This document shows, one piece after another, positions 32,905 through 43,138 of a stretch of 64,000 bases of DNA. The stretch spans positions 416,001 through 480,000 of the forward strand of contig CAWCMR010000025.1 of NCBI GenBank assembly GCA_963796685.1. The letters are read 5' to 3'. A model generated the notes under the pieces. That model had not been told where the DNA came from, did no database searches, and saw nothing but the letters and a program-made list of their open reading frames with translations. A program made the position numbers and the translations under genes. Position 1 is the stretch's first letter, and each line of letters opens with the position of its first letter. Source of the stretch: an uncultured delta proteobacterium. GTDB taxonomy: Bacteria > Myxococcota_A > Polyangia > Fen-1088.

Positions 32905-34178
32905 CGGGCGAAAGCACGGTGCCTTCCGTCCTCGTCAGCCTGCGCGCCTATGCTGTTCCGTCTCTCTACATCGCCTCGGCCATCTTCTTCATCCTCGGCC
33001 TCAAGGCCATGTGCAAGGTGCGCGGGGCCGGCCGAGGGACGACCTGGCTTGCCACGGGATTCGTCTTGGCTCTGGCCGGCCAGGCCCTGGAGGTCGCGGG
33101 GCGCGACCCGACCCTGGCCCTGGTCGGCGTGAGCGCCGGTGCCGCCGTCGGATGGCTGCTCGGCCGGCGCACGCGAGTCGCATTCGGCCGTGGGTTTGGG
33201 CCCTTGCTGGCCGGCGCGGGTGGGGTGGCCTCCACCCTGGTTGCGGTGGCTGCGTTTTTTCGCGGCGAGGATTGGCCGCTCGCTGGCGCGCTCGCGCTCG
33301 CGGGAGGTTTGCGCGGAGCCGTGCTCGGGCTTGCCGTGTTCGCCGGGGTCTTCGCCCTCGTGCTCGCGGGCCTGGCTGCCTTCGGCCCGGCGGCGCGCGC
33401 CTCGGGCCAACCCGCGGCCGTGGCGCTGTCGGCGTCGGCCTCGGGTCTGGCGACGGCGGCGTTGGGTGTTGCCTTCGGCAACCCCATCGTGGTCACCGTC
33501 GGCGGGCTGGTTGCGACGGCGGCCTGGAGCTTGGCCGGGCTCGTGGCGCAGGCGCTCGGCCACAAACCCTCCGAGATCGTGCTTGGATCGAGTCACAAGA
33601 CGAGCCAGGCGCGCGACGAATACGACAACGTCCAAGCCTGCGGGTCGGAAGAAGCGGCCATGGTCTTGGAAAACGCCGGCAAGGTCGTGGTGGTCCCTGG
33701 CTACGGCATGGCCGTGGCGCAGGCCCAGCACGCGCTCCAGGAGGTCGCCAAGATGCTCGAACAGCGCGGGGCCAAGGTCCTCTACGCGATTCACCCCACC
33801 GCGGGACGGGTTCCCGGCCACATGAACATCCTGCTCGACGAGGCCAACGTTCCCGCCGCGCAGCTTGTGGATTGGCAAGCCGCCAACGCCGAGCTGGCCG
33901 ATGCCGATGTCGCCCTGGTGGTAGGCGCCAACGACATCGTGAACCCCGCCGCCGAGAACGATCCCGGCAGCGCCGTGTTCGGCATGCCCCTCCTCGACGT
34001 GGCCCGGGCGCGCACCGTCTTCGTCATCAAGCGCAGCCTGCGTCCGGGGAGCGCGGGCGTGAAGAACGCGCTCTTCGAGCGCAGCCACGTCACCATGGTC
34101 TTCGGCGACGCCAAGAAGGTCCTGCAGGCCATCGGCGCCGAGCTCAAGGCCCAGCTTCCCAAAGCGGCGGCGGCGTAG
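32901..34178 (+). CDS. Degenerate transhydrogenase beta paralog: shortened apolar membrane domain plus intact dIII
   Basis: ATGA overlap; LYIASAIFFILGLK start; dIII motifs PGYGMAVAQAQH, HPTAGRVPGHMN, GANDIVNP, KRS retained; MP..H, FTGS, DMP..NS and MNR lost. Confidence 0.9.
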   Translation: MTGESTVPSVLVSLRAYAVPSLYIASAIFFILGLKAMCKVRGAGRGTTWLATGFVLALAGQALEVAGRDPTLALVGVSAGAAVGWLLGRRTRVAFGRGFGPLLAGAGGVASTLVAVAAFFRGEDWPLAGALALAGGLRGAVLGLAVFAGVFALVLAGLAAFGPAARASGQPAAVALSASASGLATAALGVAFGNPIVVTVGGLVATAAWSLAGLVAQALGHKPSEIVLGSSHKTSQARDEYDNVQACGSEEAAMVLENAGKVVVVPGYGMAVAQAQHALQEVAKMLEQRGAKVLYAIHPTAGRVPGHMNILLDEANVPAAQLVDWQAANAELADADVALVVGANDIVNPAAENDPGSAVFGMPLLDVARARTVFVIKRSLRPGSAGVKNALFERSHVTMVFGDAKKVLQAIGAELKAQLPKAAAA

Positions 34179-34180
34179 CC

Positions 34181-34492
34181 ATGGACAGCGGGCTCATTCT
34201 CTGGACCGTGATGATGTTCGTGCTGGCGGCGTTCGTCGGCCATCACGTCATTCACGGAGTTCCTCCCCTGCTGCACACGCCCCTCATGTCCGCGACCAAC
34301 GCCATTTCCGCCATCTCGGTGGTAGGCGCCATCGTAGTGGCCGGCTCGCACTACGAGAGCGTGCGCACCATCCTCGGTGTCACCGCGGTGGCCGCCGCCA
34401 TGTGCAACGTGGTGGGCGGCTTTCTCATCACCGAGCGCATGCTCAAGATGTTCAAGGGCGGTCGCACCGACCCGAAAGACAAAGGCCACTAG
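34181..34492 (+). CDS. pntAB: NAD(P) transhydrogenase subunit alpha part 2 (canonical)
   Basis: VPPLLHTPLMSATNAISA, NVVGGFLITERMLKMF. Confidence 0.95.
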   Translation: MDSGLILWTVMMFVLAAFVGHHVIHGVPPLLHTPLMSATNAISAISVVGAIVVAGSHYESVRTILGVTAVAAAMCNVVGGFLITERMLKMFKGGRTDPKDKGH

Positions 34493-34494
34493 CC

Positions 34495-35886
34495 ATGTCG
34501 CCCGAGCAAATCATCGAGATCGCCTATTTCGTCGCGGCGGTCCTGTTCATCCTGGGCCTCAAGCTGCTGGCATCGCCCAGCACCTCGCGCCGGGGCATGC
34601 ACCTGGCCGAGATCGGCATGGTGGTGGCCATCGCCGGCACGCTGCTCGATCACCACATCCTGACCTACACGTGGATCGTCACGGGCGCGGTCATCGGCAC
34701 GGTGGCGGGCGTGATCATCGCGGTGTGGACGCCCATGACCGCCATGCCGCAACGAACGGCGCTTTCGCACGCCTTCGGCGCCGCCGCTGCCGCGCTGGTC
34801 GGGATCTCGCACTTCTATTCCGAAGGCGCGCATCTCGAGGCCGGCACCATGGTCGCCCTGGGCATCGAGGTCCTGCTCGGCAGCCTCACTTTCACGGGCA
34901 GCATGATCGCCTTTTCCAAGCTGCAGGGCTGGTTGCCCGGCATGCCCATGACCTTCAAGGGCCAGAACATCTTCAACATGTCGCTCCTGGCGGGCCTCGT
35001 CACGGCCACGGTTTGGGTGATCGTCAATCCGCAGACGAGCTGGCTCTTCTACGCCGTGGTGGCGTTGGCGCTGGTGTTCGGCGTGCTCTTCGTCATTCCC
35101 ATCGGCGCGGCCGACATGCCGGTGGTGATCGCCATCCTCAATTCCTATGCCGGTCTCGCCGGCGCCGCGACCGGCTTCGCGCTCGACAACAAGATCCTCG
35201 TCATCGCCGGCACCCTCGACGGCGCCTCGGGCCTCATCCTGTCCATCATCATGTGCAAGGCCATGAATCGCTCCATCACCAACGTTCTGTTCGGTGCCTT
35301 CGGCAAACCGCCCGAGGCCGGCGCCGATACCGGCGTGAAAGGCAACATCCGCGCCATCGGCGCCGATCAAGCGGCCGACCTCTTGGCCGCCAGCGTGAGC
35401 GTGGTCGTGATCCCGGGCTACGGTATGGCCGTATCGCAAGCCCAGCACGCGGTCAAGGAGCTCGCCGACGCGCTCGGCGAACGCGGTATCGACGTCCGGT
35501 ACGCGGTTCACCCGGTGGCCGGGCGCATGCCCGGGCACATGAATGTGCTGCTCGCCGAGGCGGGCGTCCCCTACGACCAACTCTTCGACATGGATCACAT
35601 CAACGACGACTTTCCCCGCGTCGACGTGGCCATCGTGATCGGGGCCAACGACGTGGTCAATCCCGCGGCTCGCAACAACAAGTCGAGCCCGATCTATGGC
35701 ATGCCCATCCTCAACGTCGACCAGGCCAAGTCCGTGCTCGTGCTCAAGCGCTCCATGGCCACCGGATTCGCCGGCATCGAAAACGAGCTCTTCTACATGC
35801 CCAATTGCATGATGGTGTTCGGCGACGCCCGCAAGACCGTGGGCGAGCTCTCATCGGCCCTCAAGCGCCAGGCCAAGGCCGCGTAG
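34495..35886 (+). CDS. pntB: NAD(P) transhydrogenase subunit beta (canonical)
   Basis: MPQRTALSH, FTGSMIAFSKL, ADMPVVIAILNSYAG, MCKAMNRS, HPVAGRMPGHMN, VPYD, GANDVVNP, KRSMATGFAG. Confidence 0.96.
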   Translation: MSPEQIIEIAYFVAAVLFILGLKLLASPSTSRRGMHLAEIGMVVAIAGTLLDHHILTYTWIVTGAVIGTVAGVIIAVWTPMTAMPQRTALSHAFGAAAAALVGISHFYSEGAHLEAGTMVALGIEVLLGSLTFTGSMIAFSKLQGWLPGMPMTFKGQNIFNMSLLAGLVTATVWVIVNPQTSWLFYAVVALALVFGVLFVIPIGAADMPVVIAILNSYAGLAGAATGFALDNKILVIAGTLDGASGLILSIIMCKAMNRSITNVLFGAFGKPPEAGADTGVKGNIRAIGADQAADLLAASVSVVVIPGYGMAVSQAQHAVKELADALGERGIDVRYAVHPVAGRMPGHMNVLLAEAGVPYDQLFDMDHINDDFPRVDVAIVIGANDVVNPAARNNKSSPIYGMPILNVDQAKSVLVLKRSMATGFAGIENELFYMPNCMMVFGDARKTVGELSSALKRQAKAA

Positions 35887-36324
35887 GGCTAGCCGCAATG
35901 CCGTTCGGATAAGCCTAGGAAAGTGCTGTTAGGCGACCCGCCGGCTTCGGCGTGGCGGGTCCTGTCAGCTCGGGTTTGCTCCCCGTCGTGTGCTGCGGTC
36001 GATTCAATTCGCAAATTGCACAAAGCGACGATCCCGGAGTGCGCCTGCAGCACAGGCGGCACGCGACCTCACGTTGGAGGGCTTCGACACCTCGCCCAGC
36101 GAATGCCGTCATAATTAGAACCGGTGCTTGCGCTCGATCAGCCGATGCCGCTGTAGGACATGTCCCTGCGATCAAAAGCGTCCGAACGGGCATCGACGGC
36201 GCTCCTGCCCGATCACCACCCTTCTTCATTCTCCGTGCTTCTGCTACGCTTTCTCCTTAGCCTTTCGCGGCGAAAGCCGACCCAGCTTGATCCACGGATC
36301 GAACAGCGAGGAAAGGAAGCCCCC

Positions 36325-38366
36325 ATGACCCCAGCGGCCCGAACGAATTGGTTCATGGTCCTGCTTGTCAGCGCCTCGATGGGCGTGGTCGCGTGCGGAC
36401 AGGACGCTCCTTCATCCGCGCGCCCTCGCGATGCTGCCGCTGGAGGTGCGGCCGGCGGGTCCTCGGGCGGCAACAGCGGCGAAGTGGGAGGTTCGGGGGC
36501 AGCTCGGGCCGCGCCGGTGCGGGCGGCGCAGCCGGCAGCGGAGGTGCCTCGAGCGGCTCGGGCGGTGGCGCGGGAGGCGTCGGCGGCAGTGCCGGCTCGG
36601 GAGGTGCGAGCGGCAGGGGCGGATCGGGTGGATCCGCGACGTCCAATGGCGGATCGAGCGGTGCCGGCGGATCGGCTGGCAGCTCGGGCGGTGCGAGCGG
36701 CTCCGGTGGCTCGAGCGGAGGCCGCGATGCGGCCGCCGATCTCGCCAAGTCGGATGGCAGCGCGCCGAATCGCTTCGACACGGCCCCGGACCTGGCTGGG
36801 CGAGATACACCCGGCGCGCCCGACTTGGCGGGAACCGATGCGGCCTGTCCGGACGGGCAGGCGTTGTGTGGCGCCTCTTGCGTCGACATCACCACGACCG
36901 CTCACTGTGGCGGATGCACCATCGTCTGCGGCGCGAACCAGGCCTGCATCGCCGGCGCGTGTGTGGAAGGCGGCAGCACCAGCGGCGACGGTTGCACGAG
37001 CAACCTTGCCAGCAACCTGACCCTGCAACAGATCGCCGTGTACCAGACGGTCAAGATCCCGGTCATGAAGGACGGCGCCGAGGTCGCGGCCGCCTCGCGC
37101 AACGCCGGCGTGATCCAGGGGAAGAGCGCGCTCTTCCGGGTCTTCGTGACCCTGGGCAGCGGCTGGGTCGCGCGCGATCTCGCCGCCCGCCTGACGGTGA
37201 CGCCATCCGATGGGCAAGCGGTGCAGTACTATTCGAAGAAGACCCTCAGCGCTTCGTCGGTCGAAAACGACCTCAAGACGACCTTCCAGATCTTCGTTCC
37301 AGCGAGCGCCATGGCCGGCTCGCTTCGCTATTCCGTCGAGGTTGACGAGTGCGCCGACCAGTCGGGCACCGCCGGACAAGCCCGTTTCCCGGCCAGCGGC
37401 GACATCGACCTCGGCGTGAAGACCACGGGTGGCCTCAAGATCAAGGTCATCCCGCTAGAGTTCAACTCGCTCTTGCCCGACACCTCGCCGACTGCTCTGG
37501 CGGTTTATGCCGACGAGATGGCGACCGAATATCCCATCAGCGACCTCTCGATCACCGTGGGTGACACGCTGACCGCGACCTCGCCCATCGACTGGAGCGG
37601 CATGCTGGATCAGGTTCGCGCCAAGCGCAGCGCCGACAAGCCGGCCGCCGACGTCTACTATTTCGGTCTGATCAAGCCCGCCGACACCCTTCGCACCTAC
37701 TGCCAGTCCAGTTGCACCACCGGAATCGGATTCGTCGTGACCAGCGCAACAGGCACCACGGCGGGTTCCGGCCGGGCCGCCGTGGGCGTCGGTTTCGCGG
37801 ACAAGACGTCCGCCCAGACCATGTCCCACGAGGTGGGCCACAACCACGGACGCAACCACGCGCCCTGCTCCACCGCCGGCACCATCACCGGGGTCGATCC
37901 CAACTTCCCCTACACCAACGGATCCATCGGAAGCTGGGGCTTCGACTACCGCACGCAGGCGCTGCTGGACCCGGCCAAGTACAGCGACATCATGGGCTAC
38001 TGCAACAACAAGTGGATGAGCGACTACACCTACAGCGGTATCGGCACGCGGGTGGCAGCGGTGAACGGCGTCGCCTTGGTCTACACGCCCGCCTACGCGC
38101 TCGCGCGCTGGCGAATCCTGCTGGTCGACGAGCGCGGGCCACGCTGGGGAATTCCCGTCACCCATGACGCCCCCGCCGAAGGCGAAGCCGAGTCGGCCAC
38201 GATTTACGACGCCACGGGCGCAGCGCTGGCCAGCGTTACGGTCTACCGCACGGACATCGCCGACGTGTCCGCCAGCATGTACATGGTTCCCGAGCCGCAG
38301 CCGAGCTGGTACGCCGTATCCGTGGCCGGCGAACCGCCCCTGCCCTTCGCGGCGCGGACGAAGTAG
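36325..38366 (+). CDS. Lipoprotein zinc metallopeptidase (M66-like) with Gly-rich linker and Cys-rich repeat; -1 frameshift near 36499
   Basis: Lipobox VVAC; HEVGHNHGRNH zinc motif, DIMGYC Met-turn, WMSDYTY. Confidence 0.8.
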
Positions 38367-38410
38367 TCACTCGGAGTCGTTACCCGAGGAGGCCTCGCCG
38401 CCGACAGCCG

Positions 38411-41108
38411 CTACGATTTCCGACGCCGGCGAAGCAACACCAGCCCCACCAGAACCATCGCCAGGTAGGGCGCGGACGAGGCTCGAGCGTGGCGAGGCGA
38501 TGGCGCAAAATCCACCCCCTTGTAGTTTCAAGTCTTCGGCGACCGGAGCGGCATCCTTGTTGGCCGGCATGGCAGCGTCGTCCTTCGTCACAGGGCTGGC
38601 GGTATCAGGGTTCGGCTCGGGCCCCGGTTCGGCGCCCGAAGCCAGCGTGTCGGCCAGAACATCCGGAGCGACGTCGGCCGCCGGCTCTTTGGTATCGGAC
38701 ACGTTTCCACCGTCGAGGAAGGGCAAGAGATCTTCCTTCTCCGTGTCCTCGGTCGCATCGAGGGCGACGACGGGGGCGGTGTCGTCGCCCACGCTCACCG
38801 CTGAATCGGGGCCCGAAAGAAGATCTTCGTTTGCAAGGGCATCGGCGCCCTCGGCATCGACGAACGCGGGGGGCGCGTCCTCGCCACCGAGATCCGGCGA
38901 TGGGGATTCGGCATCGACGCCTCCGTCGAGCCCAAGCGCGTTCGCCTGCACGGTCCAGGTGAAAACGGGCGGATCCGTTTCCACGTTTCCGGCCTGATCC
39001 GTCGCGCGCACGGTGAGGGTGTGCGAGCCGTCGCTCAACGTCGGCGTGGTGTAGCTCGCGGTGCACGACGTCCAGGTGGCTCCGCCATCGAGGCTGCACT
39101 CGTAGGTCACCGGGCTCTCGCTGTTCGTGAAGGTGAACGTGCCGGTGGCGGTGTTCGACGGATCGTCCGGATGGGTCGCGATGGTGGTGACCGGCGGAAC
39201 GGTGTCGACGAGCCAGGTGTGAGTCACCGGAGGATCCTCGACGTTGCTACTCAAATCCGTCGAACGGACCGACAGAGTGTGCGAGCCGTCGGCCAACGCG
39301 GGCGTGGTGTAATTCGCGGTGCAGGCCACCCAAGTGGTCCCTCCATCGAGGCTGCATTCGTAGGTCACCGGGCTCTCGCTGTTCGTGAAGGTGAAGGCGC
39401 CCGTCGCGCTCTTCGAATGATCCGGCGGGAAGGTCGCAATCGTGGTGACCGGCGCCGTGGTGGTCCCGCAGTAGGGGAAGAGGCTGGCGTTGCCATTGGT
39501 CAGGCCGGCGTGGCCGGCGGTGGCCCCGTTGGTACGGAAGTTGGCCATGGCCGACGCTGCCACGGTGGTCCTGCCGCCAAGTGCCCCCGCCGCCGAGAGC
39601 GAGGGCGTTCCACCCGAGACAGCGACATATCCGCCGCCGCCGCCGCCGCCAGGGCCCTCGACCTCGTTGGCGTTGATGCCGTTTGTGTGGTTCCCGCCGA
39701 TGCCACCGTTGGCGGTAACGGTGATGGTCGCGGGAAGGCCGCCCGAGTTGACAACCACCGTGCCGCCGCCGCCGCCGCCACCGCCTGCATCTCCGGCCGT
39801 ACCCGCAGCACCTGTCGAGCTACCGCCGACATCGCCGTCGGCGTGCAAGGCGCCACTTCCGGCCACCGCGCCGGCGATGATGAAGATCAAGCCACCGCCA
39901 CGTCCGCCGGGACCCGCCACGCCGTTGTTGCCGTCGCCCGCCCCGCCACCGCCGCCCATGAATAGGCGCGTTGCAGGATTGTTCGGCACCGGGTGCCCGC
40001 CAAGACCGCCGATCACGCGGCGATCATCACCGCCCCAAGCGGGCAGGCCCGGCGCCCCGGTGTTGGTCGTCGGATCGAGGTTGCCGCCGCCGTTGGCAGA
40101 GTACGAGTAGCCGCCACGACCACCGCCCTCGGAGTTGGCAAGTGTGGTGACTTCGAGGGGCCAGGCGAGGGTGCCACCCACGACGTCAGGCTCCACCAGC
40201 ATCACGCCGAGGCCGCCATTCCAACCGGCGGGATCTCCCGCATTGGCACCGCCGCCACCGCCGGCATTGTGCGAAGCCCCACCCCCACCGGCGTTGGCCG
40301 GCGCTCCCCGACCGTACTGCCCCGACGTGTACTCGGCTTGGTATCCGGCAATGCCTTCACCCTTTTCCGCGCCCGTGGTGGCATCCATCGAGCCGTACAC
40401 CACCGGCGTCAGCCCCGTGGTGTTTCGGCTGTCGTGCGCGACGCCGCCGCGGAAGCCCTTGGCCGAAACGTCGACGCTGCCGTCGAGCTGCAAGGTGGTC
40501 TCGGCGTGAACCGCGACCATGCCACCCGTGACCCCGTCCCATGCACGAGCGGTGATGGAATTCCCGGCGCCGACCGTCAGGGTCGTGTACTGCGGAACCC
40601 GGATGACTTGCGTCTTGCCACTGCGGCTGTAGCTGTTCTTGAGTCCGCACGCCAGCGTGATCACGCCGCCGGCAGCCACACTCTCGACCCCTGCGAATTC
40701 GTAGTTGCCGGCGCCTCCCAGGTTCGAGACTGCGCCATAGGTTGCGGTGTCCGTGGTGTCGATGGTGGCACCGGCCATTTGCACGATGAGCAGAAGGTCG
40801 CCTTGCGATACGGCGCTCAGGAAGTTCGCGTTGACGTCGGTCACCGTGATGGCGGTGTCTCCGGCCACGGGATCGGCAGCACCGGCGAGCTGCGCGTAGA
40901 GGTTCACGATCGTGTTTGCTCCGGGGACCACCAACGCGCCGTCGCGCCCCACCTCGGCTTGCCGGATGTGCGTCGCCCGCTGCGTGCTGCTCTCGAACAG
41001 CGAGGGACAACCCGCGCCGGCCACCATGAGAAAGGCGACGGGCACGAGCACGAAGCCCCGCGCCACTGCACGCCGCAATGCCATCTTGATGCGATTCCTG
41101 CGTTTCAT
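38411..41108 (-). CDS. AgmC-like surface adhesin: N-domain, Gly-rich region, two Ig-like repeats, MYXO-CTERM; +1 frameshift near 38481
   Basis: GDLLLIVQ...GNYEFA...QVIRVPQY...WDGVTGG; corrected C-terminus GGGFCAIA...YLAMVLVGLVLLRRRRKS-stop. Confidence 0.75.
38948..39449 (-). repeat. Two 258-bp intragenic repeats encoding Ig-like domains
   Basis: VTTIAT.P...FTFTNSESPVTYECSLDGG..W..C...YTTP.L.DGSHTL.VR.TD..NV occurs twice. Confidence 0.9.
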
Positions 41109-42769
41109 GGTGTCCCCTCGCCATTCTTGCTGGTCTTTTCCAAGATCTTGAACTGCACGCGGCGGTTCTTCTGCCGACCCTCGGGGGTGTCGTTGTCCGC
41201 AACAGGCTCGTCCATGCCGTAGCCGCGCGACGTGAGGCGGCTGGCGTCCACGTTGCCCCGCTTGACCAGCCACTTGACCACGGCCGCGGCGCGCTTTTCG
41301 CTGAGCCGCTGGTTGTACTTCTTGCCGCCGCGGTTGTCGGTATGCCCCTGCACCTCGATCTTGAGGATCTCCGGGTGCTCCGAGAGCACCACCGCCACCT
41401 GGAAGAGCAAGTCGTCGCTGGCCTTCAAGATCACGGCGCTGCCGGTCTTGAACTGCACCTGTTCGAGGATCACGATCTCTTGATCGGTGACCCGCACCGA
41501 AGTCGGGCAGCCGTTCTTCTGCGGATCGGGATCGGGCTTGCCCTTCTCGTTGGGGCACGCGTCCACGTCGTCCCGGATCCCGTCGCCATCGGTGTCGGGG
41601 GGACAGCCGTTCTGGGTCGGGTCTTCGCTCTTCACACCCTTCAGATCCGGGCAGGCATCGTCCCTGTCGAGGATGCCGTCGCCATCGCGATCCGGCGGCG
41701 GCGGCGGACAACCGTTCTTCTCGGGATCGTCGCTCTTCACCCCCGGCTCGTCGGGACAGGCGTCGACCCTGTCGTAGATGCCATCTTTGTCGCGATCAGC
41801 TGGTGGAACCGGCTTCTTGCGCGGTCGCGGCGGTGGTGGTGGTGGCGGCGGCAGCGGGGCGTAGGCCACGCTGGCCACCGCACGCAGGGTCGGGGTGCCG
41901 AGACCGCGGGTCATGCCAGGGCCGGCTGCCAGGCCCAGCACCAAGGGGCCGAGCCGCAGCCGCGCGCCCACGAGCCCCTCCACGTTGGTGGTCGATTTGG
42001 TGAAGCGGTCGCTGCCCACCATCACTGTGGTGCCATAGACCTCGGGCCCAATCTGCAGCATGCGATCAGCGAGGAGCAACGCGGCGGCGGCCCCGAAGGT
42101 GAGCTCGGAGCCGAGGGCGGGGCTGAGAATGACGGAGGTCGAGCCGCCGCTCTTCTTTTGCACGTCGGCGCCGGCGTTGACCGCGTAGGCGAAGCTGTCA
42201 CCCTCGCCGGAGAGCACCAGCGCAGGCATGCCGTGAACCTCGCCCGAGCTGGTGTACTTGTCCTGCTTGCCCGTGGGAACGAACAGGTATCCCGACACGC
42301 TGAGGCTGGCCAGCGAGCGGTTCTCGCCCAGCAGGCGCACGCGCAGCCCCAGCCGCAGATCGCCGGCCGCGACCCCCGACGGGGAAGCGATATCCGACGG
42401 ATTTTGGCCATTCGTGTAGAGAGCGAGCGGCATGTCGGCGAAGCCCCACAAGCGATCCCAAAGCGCGATGCCCGCGGCAGCGTGGACGATCAGCTGATTC
42501 GACACCACGTTGCCGACCGCTTGGTCGTCGCTGGCGCGGTAGAGCACGAGCGGCTTGTAGGCGTAGTCGCCGAGGAGCATGAATCGGGGCGACAGAGCCC
42601 CTCCCGGATCCCCGCCTTGCACACCGAAGAACCTGTCCCCGGCGGGCGACGGCTGAAACCGATCCAGGGAGAAACCGCCCTGCGCGTGGGTCGTCGCGGC
42701 GATGGCAAGCACCGCGATGAGCGTGGAACCGGCCACGAGCCGCTTCGTCCTAGCGTTTGTCATATCCAC
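41105..42769 (-). CDS. OmpA family protein, TraB-like architecture (beta-barrel, TSP3 repeats, OmpA_C)
   Basis: LDRFQPSPAGD, DxDxDGI.D..DACP repeats, QGHTDNRG...LSEKRA...NRRVQF. Confidence 0.9.
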   Translation of the reverse strand: MDMTNARTKRLVAGSTLIAVLAIAATTHAQGGFSLDRFQPSPAGDRFFGVQGGDPGGALSPRFMLLGDYAYKPLVLYRASDDQAVGNVVSNQLIVHAAAGIALWDRLWGFADMPLALYTNGQNPSDIASPSGVAAGDLRLGLRVRLLGENRSLASLSVSGYLFVPTGKQDKYTSSGEVHGMPALVLSGEGDSFAYAVNAGADVQKKSGGSTSVILSPALGSELTFGAAAALLLADRMLQIGPEVYGTTVMVGSDRFTKSTTNVEGLVGARLRLGPLVLGLAAGPGMTRGLGTPTLRAVASVAYAPLPPPPPPPPRPRKKPVPPADRDKDGIYDRVDACPDEPGVKSDDPEKNGCPPPPPDRDGDGILDRDDACPDLKGVKSEDPTQNGCPPDTDGDGIRDDVDACPNEKGKPDPDPQKNGCPTSVRVTDQEIVILEQVQFKTGSAVILKASDDLLFQVAVVLSEHPEILKIEVQGHTDNRGGKKYNQRLSEKRAAAVVKWLVKRGNVDASRLTSRGYGMDEPVADNDTPEGRQKNRRVQFKILEKTSKNGEGTP

Positions 42770-42969
42770 CTGATCAAGTGACGGAGGTTAAGAAGGCGCA
42801 CTGCACGGGGAGTGGGCATCATAAACCCATTTTCGTCTTTCGAAAAACCGCGCTCTTGCCTGCGGCGCTCTTGCCGCCCTGATCCCGCGACAAGCGCAGT
42901 GCTCTCGCGCTAGGCGGCAGAAAGAGACACCTTTCCACGATGGAGGCTCGCACCCAATCGGAACGGCAA

Positions 42970-43092
42970 GTGGTGGTCGTAGTCGTCCCCGTGGCCGTGG
43001 CCCGTGGCCGTGGCCGACGAAGATCACTCCGGCCACGGCCACGGCCACGACCACGGCCACGACCTCCCGCGCCTATCGCGGGATTATGGTGG
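42970..43092. repeat. Hexamer inverted-repeat element (GTGGCC)n...(GGCCAC)n plus REP-like copy 3
   Basis: Left arm GTGGCC repeats 42991-43016, right arm GGCCAC repeats 43031-43063, then TCCCGCG-CCTAT-CGCGGGA hairpin. Confidence 0.75.
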
Positions 43093-43138
43093 CGGCGGAA
43101 GAATGAGAATTGCCCGCGCCCTGTGGTACAGAGACGGG

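Noticed and set aside
32620-34178. Degenerate pnt pair as an assembly duplication or simple pseudogene
   Set aside because: The sequences are highly diverged from the canonical pair, the ORFs are open and translationally coupled, and the dIII motifs are selectively preserved.
41109-41711. N-terminal 200 aa of the 1114-aa ORF 38367-41711
   Set aside because: It overlaps the ompA gene in another frame; the real start is ATG 41108 with a signal peptide.
15992-43092. Dispersed repeats as a CRISPR array
   Set aside because: The copies are kilobases apart, with no regular spacers and no cas genes.
43004-43138. His-rich N-terminal extension of Hsp33
   Set aside because: It coincides with a DNA repeat found in other intergenic regions, so it is more likely non-coding.
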